The notes beneath the pieces were generated by a model. That model saw only the letters and a program-made list of their open reading frames with translations. It ran no database searches and had not been told where the DNA came from. Shown one piece after another: positions 25,982-39,696 of a stretch of DNA of 64,000 nucleotides. The DNA is taken from contig NC_042998.1 in NCBI RefSeq assembly GCF_006345805.1, forward strand, positions 23,808,001 to 23,872,000, given 5' to 3'. Position 1 is the stretch's first letter. Every line of letters begins with the position of its first letter. The DNA comes from Octopus sinensis. Taxonomy: Eukaryota. Made by a program: the position numbers and the translations under genes.

Positions 25982-26396
25982 TATTTCTTTACTACCCACA
26001 AGGGGCTAAACACAGAGAGGACAAACAAGGACAGGCAAATGGATTAAGTCGATTACATCGACCCCAGTGCATAACTGGTACTTAATTTATCGATCCTGAA
26101 AGGATTAAAGGCAAAGTCGACCTCGGCGGAATTTGAATTCAGAACGTAATGACAGACGAAATACCAATTTCTTTACTACCCACAAGGGGCTAAACACAGA
26201 GAGGATAAACAAGGACAGACAAAGGGATTAAGTCGATTATATCGACCCCAGTGCGTAACTGGTACTTAATTTATCGACCCTGAAAGAATGAAAGGCAAAG
26301 TCGACCTCGGCGGAATTTGAACTCCGAACGTAACGGCAGACGAAATACCGCTTAGCATTTCGCCCGGCGTGCTAACGATTCTGCCAGTTCACCACC
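25982..26396 (-). mobile_element. SINE family C dimer
   Basis: Two ~184-bp units joined at AAAGAAAT(T)|GGTATTTCGTC on the minus strand. Confidence 0.85.
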
Positions 26397-27050
26397 ATTA
26401 CCACCAACACCTCCACCACCATCACCGTTATCACCATTACCAGCACCAGCACCATCATCATCATCTTTTTAATATCTGCTTCATTCTGCTAGCATTGGAC
26501 AAGTTCATTATACAGAAATCTCAACATAGAAGATATTAACTTTCTAATATTCCATTTAAAACTACATCTTCTGCATTCTTTCCTTTGGTTTATCATTAGC
26601 CTTCATCAATAAGGTCAAATGTTCTCAATGACACATCATCTTATCAGGAAAGCTTAACCCTGTCTTATATTTAGTTTAAAACTAAATTGCCTTAATTTTT
26701 CTTTGGTCTATCATTAATCTTCATCACTCATTAAATGCAATTATTTTATAATCGTATTATGTAACCCATATTAAATGATATTCTTCATGGATTTGGCTCA
26801 TTTGGTTCTGAGCACTAACTGACAAAAGCATGAGCTCAGCTGTGTGGTAAGAAGCTTGCTTCCCAACCAGATGATTTGGGGTTCAGTCCCACTGCATGGT
26901 ACCTTGGTCAAGTATATTCTACTATACTCTCAGGCCAAGCAAAGCCTTGTGACTGGATATGGTAGATGGAAACTGAAAGAATCCCATCAAATATATACAT
27001 ATATATATATTTTTGTCCCACCACTTTTGTTCGATAACACACAAACTTAT

Positions 27051-27109
<59 letters not shown>

Positions 27110-27190
27110 ATAATCGATAAATAGTGGGGTTGTGTTGACCACACATGGAGAAATGATAGGCAAGGAAAAATTATAAAAAGGCAGAATAAT

Positions 27191-27327
27191 TTAAAAAATA
27201 TATATATATATTAATTCAGACAGGTTTTCGTTGCAATGCGACTTTTCAAGTTGCATTGTAAAGTCGCACTGTAAAGTTGCATTGTAACAAAAACCGGTTT
27301 GAATTAATCTATATATATTTTTTTTAA
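27191..27327. repeat. Imperfect inverted repeat (~50-bp arms) with internal AAGTTGCATTGT-like repeats
   Basis: ATTAATTCAGACAGGTTTTCGTTGCAATGCGACTT versus AAGTTGCATTGTAACAAAAACCGGTTTGAATTAAT. Confidence 0.7.
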
Positions 27328-28347
27328 TTTTAAAAATTTTCCATACACCCATTTTCATTAAAATTTACCTTCAATTTAGCATTCTGCCTTTCTGTAATTT
27401 TTCCTTGCCTATATATATATATATATATACATACATATATACAATGGGCTTCTTTCAGTTTCCGTCTACCAAATCCACTCACAAGGCTTTGGTCGGCCAA
27501 GGCTATAGTAGAAGGCACTTGCCCAAAGCACCATGCAGTGGGACTGAATCCTGAACCATGTGGTTGGTAAGCAAGCTACTTACCACACAGCCACTCCTAC
27601 ACCCAAAATTGATTTCACAACTCCTGCCCAACTTTGCATCCTTGTCATTGTAATAGCTGAATTTTTTGAGTGGTCCCTATAAATATTTAAAGGGGTTATC
27701 TTTTTCTTTTGGGTGCAAAATCCCTTAGGCTCAACTTTATATTTCCTGATTCTAAAGTAGTTAGAATAAGAACCAGCTAAATAATTAAATCTGCATAATC
27801 AACCAATTTTTTCCTTAAAAATATGTGACCATATGCCATAGCTAGAAATCATAACCATTATTACTATTGAATGACTTTATCTTTATTCCTCCTCATTAAA
27901 ATTTTTTTTTTTAATTTGTCTATTATTATTTGAATTGTAATCACTGTTGTCTCCCCCACCCCCCTGTTCTGCTCACAGTCGCCATAATTGTTTATACGAC
28001 TTTCTCTGATATTGCTATCATTATTATCATCATCATCATCATCATCATTATCATTGTCCTCATTGTTACTCCTGTCTTCATCATTTTCACCACCACCACC
28101 TCCACTATCGCCGCCGCTGTCGTCGCCCCCACCAGACCTTCTTTGTACTACATTTTTTTCTCTCTTTTTTTACCCATTGTTTGCCGTTGTTGTTCTTGTT
28201 TTTAATTTTAATTTCACTGAAGAAAGAAAGTTAAGACACAGCAAATACATCTAGTTTCTACTACTTCACAAATCGGTATTTTTCTATTTGTTTTTAATTA
28301 ATAATGTTGTCAAAAAAAAAATAAACACATAAATAAAAATTAAGAAG

Positions 28348-28378
<31 letters not shown>

Positions 28379-28411
28379 TATATATAATATATATATATAT
28401 ACATATATATA

Positions 28412-28456
<45 letters not shown>

Positions 28457-28458
28457 TA

Positions 28459-28507
<49 letters not shown>

Positions 28508-28929
28508 GATATATGTATGTATATGTATGTGTATATATATATATAATATATATATATAAATGATGAAATGAAATAGAATCAATACCTGAATAATCCAAAA
28601 GAAAGAACCATTGTTAAATATCATTGCGATGCCTCTGATATCATACAGTTAAACAAATCCAAGTTGTATTGATTTTTTTTGTTCTTTTCTCTTTCAGTCT
28701 TCAATTCGTATCTTTTAATACACACGCATCTCATATGCAGGCACACATGCACACACACACACACACACACACACGCACAAACACACATATGCACACATGC
28801 ACACATACGTTGAATTCATTTCAAGATTTCTTTCTTTTTTTTTCTATTTTTTCTTTTCTTTTTTTTTTTTTCAATTATTCTTTTTCTTCAGTGTAGAAAA
28901 CAATCACTTATTTGCTTATTTACTGAAAA

Positions 28930-28964
<35 letters not shown>

Positions 28965-29768
28965 CAGGAATAAAATTTGAAATATCTGTATTGAAAATTT
29001 TAATTTATTTTCTAAGTGGTTCAATATGATGATGATAATGATGATATTGATGATGATCTGATGGAAGCAAAAATACTCAAAAAGAATGCAAACCACTTCA
29101 CCTACCTAAAAACCTAAAACCACATAGAGTTGTGTTCAATTGTGCAATGCAAAATATGTAATAAAAATGAGAGTACCAAATTAATAATAACAATAATAAT
29201 AATAATGATAATAATAATTATAGCATTAATGTTAATAGTAATAATAATAATAATAGCAATCAGGACTAACAAGTATATATAATATACAGAAACTAGCACT
29301 ACTAGGCACTGCACACATCCTATGTAAAACACTTTCAGTACAATAAAAGTAAGAGCATCACAGCAAACTGCAGTACATACCCAAGGCATACAAAGCTGTG
29401 CTTGGTAGTGCAGTGAAAGCATGTTATAAAAATAAGACAAATGAATAATAATAATAATAATAAGGTGGTGAACTGGTAGAATTGTTAGCATGCAGGGCGA
29501 AATGCTTAGCGATATTTTGTCTGCTGTTATGTTCTGAGTTCAAATTCCGCTGAGGTTGACTTTGCCTTTCATCCTTTTGGGGTCGATTAAATAAGTACCA
29601 GTTAGCAACTGGGGTCGATGTAATCGACTTAATCCCTTTGTCTGTTCTTGTTTGTACCCTGTATGTTTAGCCCCCTGTGGGCAATAAATAAATAAATAAA
29701 TAATAATAATAATGATGATAATAATGATAATAATAATAATAATGATAATAATAATAATAATAATAATT

Positions 29769-30324
29769 ATGCCCTGATGCAGTACCAGGCAGTGGCTCTC
29801 ATGGCTTCTTATCTTAACTGATTGGAAGTGTTATCATGTACATTGTTTTGTCTTGGTATAAAAGATGGGCTACAGCAAATATTCTGCTCAATACCTCAGA
29901 TTTGCTTGTCAGTTGTTTGACCTTAACCAGTTGAGCATGTCCCTTAGTGGCTGACGATATGTGCATCTCTGACCACGAGCAGAAGTAGTGGGGGAGCATC
30001 ATAGCCATGTGTTGAGAGGGATTCTTTGGGGTTTGAATAGTTCACCTCTGGAAACATGGGTGGTTCTTTCAACATCCTTAAACAACCCTTATTCAGGGAC
30101 CGTTTGAGCGGGATGGGCTACTCACCCTGGAGAAAATTCCAACTGGGCTCCATCTGCAAGGTCATGTGCTGTTTATCTTGATATGAGATCACAATGTCGC
30201 GCACATATGGTTGTGATGCATGTGCCTGGTGTACCTTTATCAGACGGGTAGTCATGATGGGTATATTGGGCTTCGTATATTTTATCCCAGTGTCACTTTG
30301 ATGGCAAGAACTGCTCTCTCACTC
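29769..30324. mobile_element. ~555-bp interspersed element flanked on both sides by (AAT)n; second truncated copy at 30608-30995
   Basis: Direct repeats starting GCCCTGATGCAGTACCAGGCAGTGG; no tRNA-like head seen. Confidence 0.8.
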
Positions 30325-31019
30325 AATAATAGTAATAATAAAAATAATCATGATAAAAATAATTCTTTCAGGCACAAGGCCTGAAATTGTTTTGAAGGAG
30401 GAGTGAAGTCGATTACATCAATCCCAGGACTCAACTAGTACTTATTTTATTGACCTTAAAGGGATGAAAGGCAAAGTCAACCCTTGACATTTGAACTCAG
30501 ATTGGGAAGGTAGACAAAATGCATTAAGCATTTCACCTGGCATGCTAACGATTCTGTTAGCTTACCACCTTAGTAATGATAATAATAATGATGATGATGA
30601 TGATATTTGCCCTGATGCAGTACCAGGCAGTGGCTCTCATGGCTTCTGATCTTAGCTGATTAGGGGTGTTATGTACGTTGTTTTGAATTAATATAAAAGA
30701 TGAGCTACAGCAAATAGTCTGCTCAATACCACAGATTTGCTTGTCAGTTGTTTGACCTTAACCAGTTGAGCATGTCCCTTGGTGGCTGACGATATGTGCA
30801 TCTCTGATCACGAGCAGAAGTAGTGGGGGAGCATCATAGCCATGTGTTGAAAGGAATTCTTAGAGGTTTGGATAATTCCCCTTTGGAAACATGGGTGGTT
30901 CGTTCAACATACTTAAACAATCCTTATTCAGGGACCTTTTGATCGGGATGGGCTACTCGACCAGAAGAAAATTCTAACTGGGCCCCACCTGCAAGTAAAG
31001 AAGGTGTACAATGCATATA

Positions 31020-31232
31020 CAGAGTTGGCCAAAAGTCACCTGACAGTAAATCAAAACCATTTAATTCCAAGATTCATTTATGTTTAACAACTGAATGAAT
31101 TTAATAAAAGCATCTAAATATAAAACTGAAATCCTTCTTGAGTGACACATTTTTCCATTCAAGTCAATACAGAATTACAGATAGTATTTATGGAAATTTG
31201 ATTTACTGTCGGATGACTTCTGGCCAACCCTG
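31020..31232. mobile_element. Tc1/mariner-type MITE
   Basis: TA|CAGAGTTGGCCAAAAGTCACCTGACAGTAAATCAAA ... TTTGATTTACTGTCGGATGACTTCTGGCCAACCCTG|TA (~36-bp TIR, TA TSD). Confidence 0.85.
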
Positions 31233-34200
31233 TACATTTCATATTTTTTCCTATTCATTCTTACATTTTCTCAGTTTTGGGTATGACTTAAGGAAAAAAT
31301 CTGCATGAAGTAAGCCGTCTACTGTTAATGGATGATATTAAGATGTATGGAAAGAGTAAATAGCAGAATAGCTGCACTAGCAAACACAGTTCATATATTC
31401 AGTGAAGATATAGGATTAGAGTTTTTTTTTTTTTACATTCAGAAGTGAGTTTTGTTGATTTTTATGGAGAGATAAAGTTGCAACATCTAATGGGAAAGTG
31501 TTTCTGGCTGGGCAGGTGAGGAAATACATAGAGGTCAGTGGATACAAATGATTATATATTTTGGAAATAGATAGGATGAAGGAAAATGAAATAAAAATGA
31601 TATTTAATAAAAAATATTTTAGAAGGTTGAATTGGGTGTTAAAAGGCAAATTAAATTGGAAAACAATATTATGACTGGAAACGCAGAGATAATTGAGATA
31701 CTGAGGCACAGGGCTGAGCTTATCAAATTGAGTAATTAAAAAATTAAGGGGATGATGTTAAAACAAGATGCTAGAAGAGCATTGTGGTTTTCATGAAGCA
31801 TTGTATTGCAGAAGCAGAATAATTAAGGAAATGAGAAATAAGGAAATCTTGTAACAATGCAGAAAGCTTTAAAAATGTCTTTATGATAGGCACAAAGGTC
31901 TATCATCATCATCATCATCGTTTAACATCTGCTTTCCATGCTAGCATGGGTTGGACGATTTGACTGAGGGCTGGCGAACCAGATGGCTACACCAGACTTG
32001 AATCTGATCTGGCAGAATTTCGACAGCTGGATGCCATTCCTAACGCTTAACCACTCCAAGAGTGTAGTGGGTGCTTTTATGTGCCACCAGCACAAGAGCC
32101 AGTCAGGTGGTACTGGCTTTAGAAAAATACAGCCAAAGAAATATGTTTTTACATAGATCCTGCCATTCTGGATAGCTGGAGGGGCAGCCCAAAATATAAA
32201 CCTACTTGTGAGAAGCTTTTCTGATTTGTCTTTCTATTTATTACAAGATTCTAACTATAAATGGTGTACCTCATCCAAAAAGTGATATCAGTTGAATTTA
32301 CCTCCACAGAAGTAGAAGAGGTTTGGTAAGCTGTATAAAAAGTGATGGAAAAAATCCCTTGAAGGTAACATACAGATATTCTGCTGTATATATTTGATTG
32401 TATACAAACTATCTGAATTCTCACTTTTTCCCCTCAAATGCTAGTTAAAGATCTGGTTTGGGGAGGATTTCAGAAGTTACATGGTTCTTTCTAAAGACCA
32501 GCTCTTCCATTCTAGATCTTCAAGAAACTTCCAACAGCCTACTGATAAGGCATAGCCATGGTACTTTACTGCCCCTGCATTTGTTGAAAGAAATCATAGC
32601 TTTTGATAAAGCAGTGCGTCATGTCAGTGAGAATGGGTCCCTGATATTATAGAATAGATATGATGCTAGCTTCGGTACTTCATAAAGAAACGGTAATAAT
32701 TACTGCCACAATTACGTTATGATATTAAAAAAAAATTCTGTTCAGTATCTATCCATAAGAAAGAAATGTAACAATACCAACAACAGCAATAATAATAATA
32801 TTAATAATATTAATAATAATAATAATGATAATGATAATAATAAATGACATTAGTGAATATGAAGCTAATGACTATGATAATAATTGGCAGAAGTATCTGT
32901 GTAACTTTCCTGAAATATAATCAACATTGATGTCTTTCTTTGAAGATTTTAATCAAGTCACTAAGCTCTACAAAAGAAAAGAACACTAATCATACAATTC
33001 TATATAAAACTTGTGTCTGCAATATGTTTACTTCACAATAGAGATAATTAATTACTTTTTATTCATTTAAAATCTAGATCTAAATTTACCGTAACATGAA
33101 AAACATAAAGCTATCATCATTAATGTTCTCTGGTTGCAGAACAATTGAAATCAAATATGAAAAACGCCACTGTATATAACTGATGTTCTTTTCAACAATA
33201 AGGAGTGGTAGATTGGATGCAAGGTTAGGGTAATGAAATATTGCCTACATTGTCATGAATTTGAACGTTTGATAAAACTGTTGTGTCGAGTACTTGGGTA
33301 CATTAGTCAATATACTTTCACCAGTTGACAAGTTGGCAGAGTCATTAGCACACTGGGTAAAATGCTTACTGGCATTCTGAGTTCAAATTTTGCCACGGTC
33401 AACTTTATTTTTCATTTTTTTTTCAGAATTAATAAAATAAGTACCAGTTAAGCATTGGAGTCAATGTAATTGACTTTCCTTCTCCCATGAAATTGCTAGC
33501 TTTGTGCCAAAATTTTAAACCAATATTAGATATTAGTAAAATACTGGGCTCAGTGTAATTGACTTACTCCTCTTAAAATTGCTGGCATTGTCAAAATTTG
33601 AAACCAAAATCCTTTCACTCTTCATATCACCTATATAACCTTTATAGCATTATACAGTAGCAGTCCACAACTGAACAACCTCTAAGTTATGCATATACAG
33701 CTGAACTATATACACAACCACTCTCAGCAAAGAGACATGAGGAAAGAAAATAATTTACTATGATTAACAGTGTGTGTGTAAAGTGTGTGGGATTTTCTAC
33801 AGTTACTGAAATTGAAAACAAATTCTTCCCTTAGAGACACAGTTCTATTCCACGGTTTCATCACCTATCATTCTTATATCCATTTTTTCCATGCTGTCAT
33901 GGGTTGGATGAATCTTATTGAGATAGTATATATATATATCAAGATACATTTTTTCTCTCTCTAGCCCTAAGGCTTTTTTCTAACGCCAGCTCAAAAATTT
34001 ACTCGTCCTGTCGAAAAGACGCTTGTCTGTGACGTCCTGTTTTTGTTGTTATTATTATTATCATTATTGTTTTTACGTATTTTTGTATTTTTATTCGTGT
34101 AACATCGTCCAGTTTTCCGTCCTTGTTTTGTATACATTCGAGGTTTTCTTCTAAGGAATCTAATGCACTTGGCTTAGATTTTCCTTTGGGGCTGGCCAGA

Positions 34201-34351
34201 TCGGAGCAATCTCAAGATTAATCAGCCGAAATTGCGAAGATGATCCGGTTCTTGACTGAAGATTGAAGGCTTCGAATGTCCCGTCCGTGTTTTTTGTATC
34301 GTCTTCTAAATGTTTCACGTTCTTGTCCCAGTTTGTATTTTTTTTACATTT

Positions 34352-34392
<41 letters not shown>

Positions 34393-34849
34393 AATTTTGA
34401 ACAGGACTATGAAAACAGCTTGAGAAAATAGGGCTATTTATATATGCATGTGTGATTGTGTGTATGTGTTTACTTTTGTATGTCTTTGCACTGACATTAT
34501 TTGGATTATGGTAATGTTATGCTTATCTTCCTTGCATGTAGCATGTTGTGTAACTCAGTAGTTGAATTAGTTTTAGTGTATTAAGACTAGTGGTATGGAA
34601 ATAATGGAAATACCTTAGTTGAGAAACAAAGCTTAGCAATATGTTGGGCAACCAGCCATATTATACTATCTCAATAAGTTTCATCCAAAATACATAGGTT
34701 CATCGTGCTTCTTTAAAATGAAGATGTATGCGGGAAAAATACAAAACATGGCTTCAAAGAATCCTGCAAACAATTCTCTCCTCATTAACTAAACTCATAA
34801 AAACATTCTTATTTATAACTACCTGTAGGCTCAAAAAGACCTATTAATA

Positions 34850-35310
34850 TGTCCAACCCATACTAGCATGGAAAACGGACGCTAAACGACGCTGATGATG
34901 ATGATGATATATATATCATCATCATCATCATTTAATGTCTACTTTCCATGCTGGCATGGGTTGGACGATTTAACTGGGGACTGGCAAGCCAGGAGGCTGC
35001 ATCGGGCTCCAGTTTGATTTGGCAAGATTTCTACAGCTGGATGTCCTTCCTAATGCCAACCACTCCAAGAGTGTAGTGGGTGCTTTTTACATGGCACCGG
35101 CACGGGAACCAGTCAGGCGGCACTGGCATCAACCATGTTCAGATGGTGCTTTTTACATGCCACTGGCACAGGAGCCAGTCAGAGCAGGGAGTGGGGTCTG
35201 GCATCAACTACATTCGGATGGTACTTATGTTCTATTGGCACGGAGAATCAGTCAGGCGGCATTGGCATTGGCCCATGCATGAATGGTGCTTATTGCATGC
35301 CACCAGCACA
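34850..35310. mobile_element. Two RTE 3' ends tail-to-tail around a short TA run
   Basis: ...GGACGCTAAACGACGCTGATGATGAT-ATATATAT-CATCATCATTTAATGTCTACTTTCC... Confidence 0.8.
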
Positions 35311-35330
35311 CACACACACACACACACACA

Positions 35331-35371
<41 letters not shown>

Positions 35372-36087
35372 TCATACATATATACAAAGGGCTTTTTTTT
35401 TCAGTTTTTACCTACCGATTCTACTCACAAAGACACTTGCCCTAGATTCCACACAATGGGACTGAACCTAGAACTGTGTATTTAGGAAGAAAACTTCTTA
35501 CCACACAGACATGCCATTTTTTTTTGCTTCTTGTGTAGTTTCAAAATATTGTTTAGATTTGAAATAAAGTCCCATGTCATTTTATTTTGAATATGTAACT
35601 TCCACATATTAGAATATTTATATATTCTATAATTCTTTGTTGATGCATAATAGAATATTAAAAATACATTCGGCTTTTATAATATGAAGAATCGATTCTT
35701 GTATAATGCATTTTCTGTGCTACAATTGTTTGACCAATGAATTAATGAGGTTCTGAAATTATTCAACAATTTCAACTCATATTCCTCTACTTAATGCAGT
35801 AATATACAATAACAGAATAAAGATGGATTCTAATAATAACATTATATACACACATATGTGTGTGAGTATGTATGTATGTATGCATTCATGTATGTAAACT
35901 GTAGATAGTAGAGGCATTGAGAAATATAAAAACATGTATTTTTACAAAATATCTCAAATATGAATGGAACTGAATATGAATAATAGATCATAAAACGTAG
36001 TTTAAAAATCCCTAGTCAGCAATAAAGAGGCAGGCAGATACCCATGGGACTCAAATTGCCCATCTACTCAATCTCAAATGTTTCTGA

Positions 36088-36286
36088 GGTCATTACACCA
36101 AAGTGACCATCAGGTTTCCAACTGCCCAAATATGATACTTCAATCTTACAAGTGAGAAAAGAAAAAAATGTTTGTTTACATTTAGAATTATTGAGTATTG
36201 TCAAACAACCGTCTTTTCTTGCTTGTAAGATTAAAGCATCTAATTTGGATGGCTGAAAGCTGAAGAATCACTTTGGTGTAATGGTC
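36088..36286. repeat. Old degenerate inverted repeat (~75-bp arms), MITE-like
   Basis: CATTACACCAAAGTGA / TCACTTTGGTGTAATG and ATCTTACAAG / CTTGTAAGAT. Confidence 0.65.
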
Positions 36287-36591
36287 ATATAGTTTAAGCA
36301 GGTGTAGCACTACAAAGAAATGTAGGAGTTCCATGTGTGCAGAAGAGAATTGCCACTGTTTACATTCAGAGCAGCAGTTCTCAGTGTTTAGGACTCAGAG
36401 AAAATTTTTCACTTTTGAAATAGTCAATGATATATAAAATATTCTTGAAAGTGTTGCTATACAGTTAACCATCACAGAAGAGCTGTGATATATTTACTTC
36501 AAGTAGAAGCTGAGGAATATACCCACAAGAAAAGTATGAACTGTTAAGCGTTTCCTATTGTGCATATAAAGAAAAGTTGCAGAAAATCCTT

Positions 36592-37075
36592 CATCATCAT
36601 CATCCTCGTTTAACGTCCGCTTTCCATGCTAGCATGTGTTGGACGATTTGACTGAGGACTGGCAAACCAGATGGCTGCACCAGACTCCAATCTGATCTGG
36701 CAGAGTTTCTACAGCTGGATGCCCTTCCTAACGCCAGCCACTCCAAGAGTGTAGTGGGTGCTTTTACATGCCACCAGCACGAGGGCCAGTTAGGTGGTTC
36801 TGGCAATGGCCACGCTCAGATGGTGCTTTTTATGTGCCACTTGCACAGGAGCCAGTCCAGCAGTACTGGCAACGACCTCACTTGGAATGTTTTTCACGTG
36901 CCACCAGCACAGGTGCTAGTAAGACAACACAGGTAACGATCACGGTTGAATGGTGTTTTTTAACATGACATTGGCACGGAGGCCAGCTTGTTGCTCTGGC
37001 AACAATCTCACTCGTATGGTACTCTTAGCGCTCTACTAGCATAGGTGCCAGCCATCGAATTTGATTTCGATTTCT
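36592..37075 (-). mobile_element. RTE LINE 3'UTR with ~60-bp internal repeats
   Basis: Family match. Confidence 0.85.
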
Positions 37076-37599
37076 TGCTTTGTTGAAATTAGTTGCAATA
37101 GTAAAAGGTCACAAATTGCTGAGCTAAGTGATGGAACTCAGCCTACACTATAATTATTTTTTTCTTTTGTTCATTGTCTTTGCTATCATTAAAATTGTAA
37201 AGTTAAACAAAACCTGTAGTCAAACAATCTACACCTTTTGTCTTTGAAATTTTATATCAGTATTTCTCAAACTCGGGAATATCCACCCCTACCTTAATAT
37301 ATTAGTGAAAGTTTTACTCTCTCTCTTTATTAATATGAAGACAATAAGATGGCTAGCTGGCAGAATTGTCAGCATGCCAGGTAAAATGCTTAGCAGCATT
37401 TCCTCCATCTTTACATTCCTGAGTTAAAATTCTGCCGAGGTCGACTTTTTGTCATTCATCTTTTTGAGGTCGATAAAATAAATATCAGCTGAGCCCTAGA
37501 GTTGATGTAATGGACTTACCCCTCCCTAAAATTGCTGGCCTTGTGCCAAAATTTGAAACCAATTTGAAGACAGAATAGAGTTTTCATTCTTATAATATA

Positions 37600-37982
37600 C
37601 TAGCAGTATTGCCTGGCGTTGCTCGGGTTTGTAAGGGAAATAACTATATAAGCATTTTTAGAGATGTAAAGCATAATAGCCATCTCAATATGGTTAACCA
37701 CAAAGGGGGGGTGTTACTGTAGCTTTTTACGTTCTGAGATTTAATAAATTTCTAGAGAGTTACTTCCCTTATATATGCCCAAAATGCATTAAAAATGGGA
37801 AAAATTGTTGGTAAATTTTTTTTTAAATCGTAGACTCATCGTAGGCGCGCGCTAATACCCAGAAGGGCTCGATATGAATCACGACTATAAGATACCCAGT
37901 TTTGGTTAAACTGCACTGCAAAATGTGGGAGTAGTTAGGAATCTAAATCGTAGGAGACAGACACGCAACTTTTATATATATA
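37600..37982 (-). mobile_element. Non-autonomous Helitron copy 2
   Basis: Reverse complement of the 14469-14863 family; CTAG end at 37600. Confidence 0.85.
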
Positions 37983-37983
37983 A

Positions 37984-38493
37984 CTAGCAGTATCGCCCGG
38001 CGTTGCTCGGGTTTGTAAGGGAAATAACTATATAAGCATTTTTAGAGAGTTACTTCCCTTATAGATGCCAATTCGGGCTTTCTTAGCCATTTCTGTTTTG
38101 GTGTCTTCAAGCCATGAAGTCGTTCTAAAAGAACGCTGGTCTCCTTGACAACGCATTACAACGTTGATTTCCTTACACTCCCTTCCCCACAGCTTCACGA
38201 GGGAGGGAAGAAGGGGGAGAAGCAAACAGGTGCAGGTGTGACCATGGACGCCAACTCCGCCGCCATCGACACACGAAAAATTATGCATTAAAATGGAATA
38301 AAAAATGATGTTAAATTATTTTTAAAATCGTAGACTCATCGTAGTCACGTGCTAATACTCAGATGGGCTCGATATAAATCACGACTATAAGATACCCGAA
38401 TTTGGTTAAACTGCACCGCAAAATGTGGGAGTAGTTAGGAATCTAAATCGAAGGGGACAGACACTCACACAACTACAGTTTTATATATATAGA
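37984..38493 (-). mobile_element. Non-autonomous Helitron copy 3, head-to-tail with copy 2, carrying a ~220-bp GC-richer insert
   Basis: CTAG end at 37984; 5' TCTATATATATAAAA at 38493; insert ~38065-38283. Confidence 0.85.
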
Positions 38494-39315
38494 TTTATGA
38501 CAGTGTTGGACGATTTTAAAAAGTTTAAAAACTATCTTAATTGTATTAATCATGACAATTTATCCATCCCAGACACCATTTTTTAACCCTCACAGCCACG
38601 CCCTGTGAGAAACATTGTTGTATGAAATAATCTCGTACATCTCTGTCATTAATTATATCATTATATCATTAATGTATTAATTATATTTTCCAGCAATAAA
38701 ATCATCAAATACTTGTGATTTCTAAGTTGAGTTTTTTCAGACAAGACTCTGGGCCACTATTTCATAGATGAAAGATATTTAGTTATGCTATTTAGATTTT
38801 TCATGTTGTATTCTTTAGTTCTAACCTTGCTAAAGTAATCTTATCTTTTGTCCCTCCAGGTTTGTTAATGTAGATACTAATCATATGCTATGATCAGTTC
38901 AATTGACTTTACTTCACCACTACATATTTGTAACCTTGTACAGATATAAGAAAATTATTGTCACCTCAACAACTGCATGAGTCAATGTATGAGTTCGAAT
39001 GTAGTCATTCTATTTGCTAGAAATTGCAGCCAATATTTCCTCAAACAATACTGTACCACCTCGAAAATGAACAATTAGATAAAGTAAGCCAAAGTACATT
39101 ATATTTAAAACGAATATGGAATGGTCATAACTAGAATGCTAACGTTTCTGCCAGCTCAAGCCCAACAATGATAACTGCAAAATCTACATGTGATTTTACA
39201 TAGTTATTTGACCTACCTGTGCTGACACAGTATAAAAAGCACCTATGCTGGTGCCATATAAAAAGCACCCTCCTCCCCAGTACAATTTGTGAAGTGGTTG
39301 GCATAAGGAAGAGCA

Positions 39316-39696
39316 TGGAGGTGCAATGGCCCAGTGGTTAGGGCAGCGGACTCGCGGTCGTAGGATCGCGGTTTCGATTCCCAGACAGGGCGTTGTGAGT
39401 GTTTATTGAGCGAAAACACCTAAAGCTCCATGAGGCTCCGGCAGGGGATGGTGGTGATCCCTGCTGTACTCTTTCACCACAACTTTCTCTCACTCTTACT
39501 TCCTGTTTCTGTTGTACCTGTATTTCAAAGGGCCAGCCTTGTCACTCTCTGTGTCACGCTGAATATCCCTGAGAACTATGTTAAGGGTACACGTGTCTGT
39601 GGAGTGCTCAGCCACTTACACGTTAATTTCACGAGCAGGCTGTTCCGTTGATCGGATCAACCGGAACCCTCGTCGTCGTAACCGACGGAGTGCTTC
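39316..39696 (+). mobile_element. tRNA-derived SINE family D inserted in a degenerate RTE 3' end
   Basis: TGGCCCAGTGGTTAGG...GGTTTCGATTCCC head; 14-bp TSD CATAAGGAAGAGCA at 39302-39315 and 39697-39710. Confidence 0.9.

Noticed and set aside
39317-39390. tRNA-like sequences (also 42290, 44470-44540, 55010, 60372, 19860-19930)
   Set aside because: Continue directly into SINE bodies, with TSDs seen at two copies; acceptor stems do not close, so they are SINE heads.
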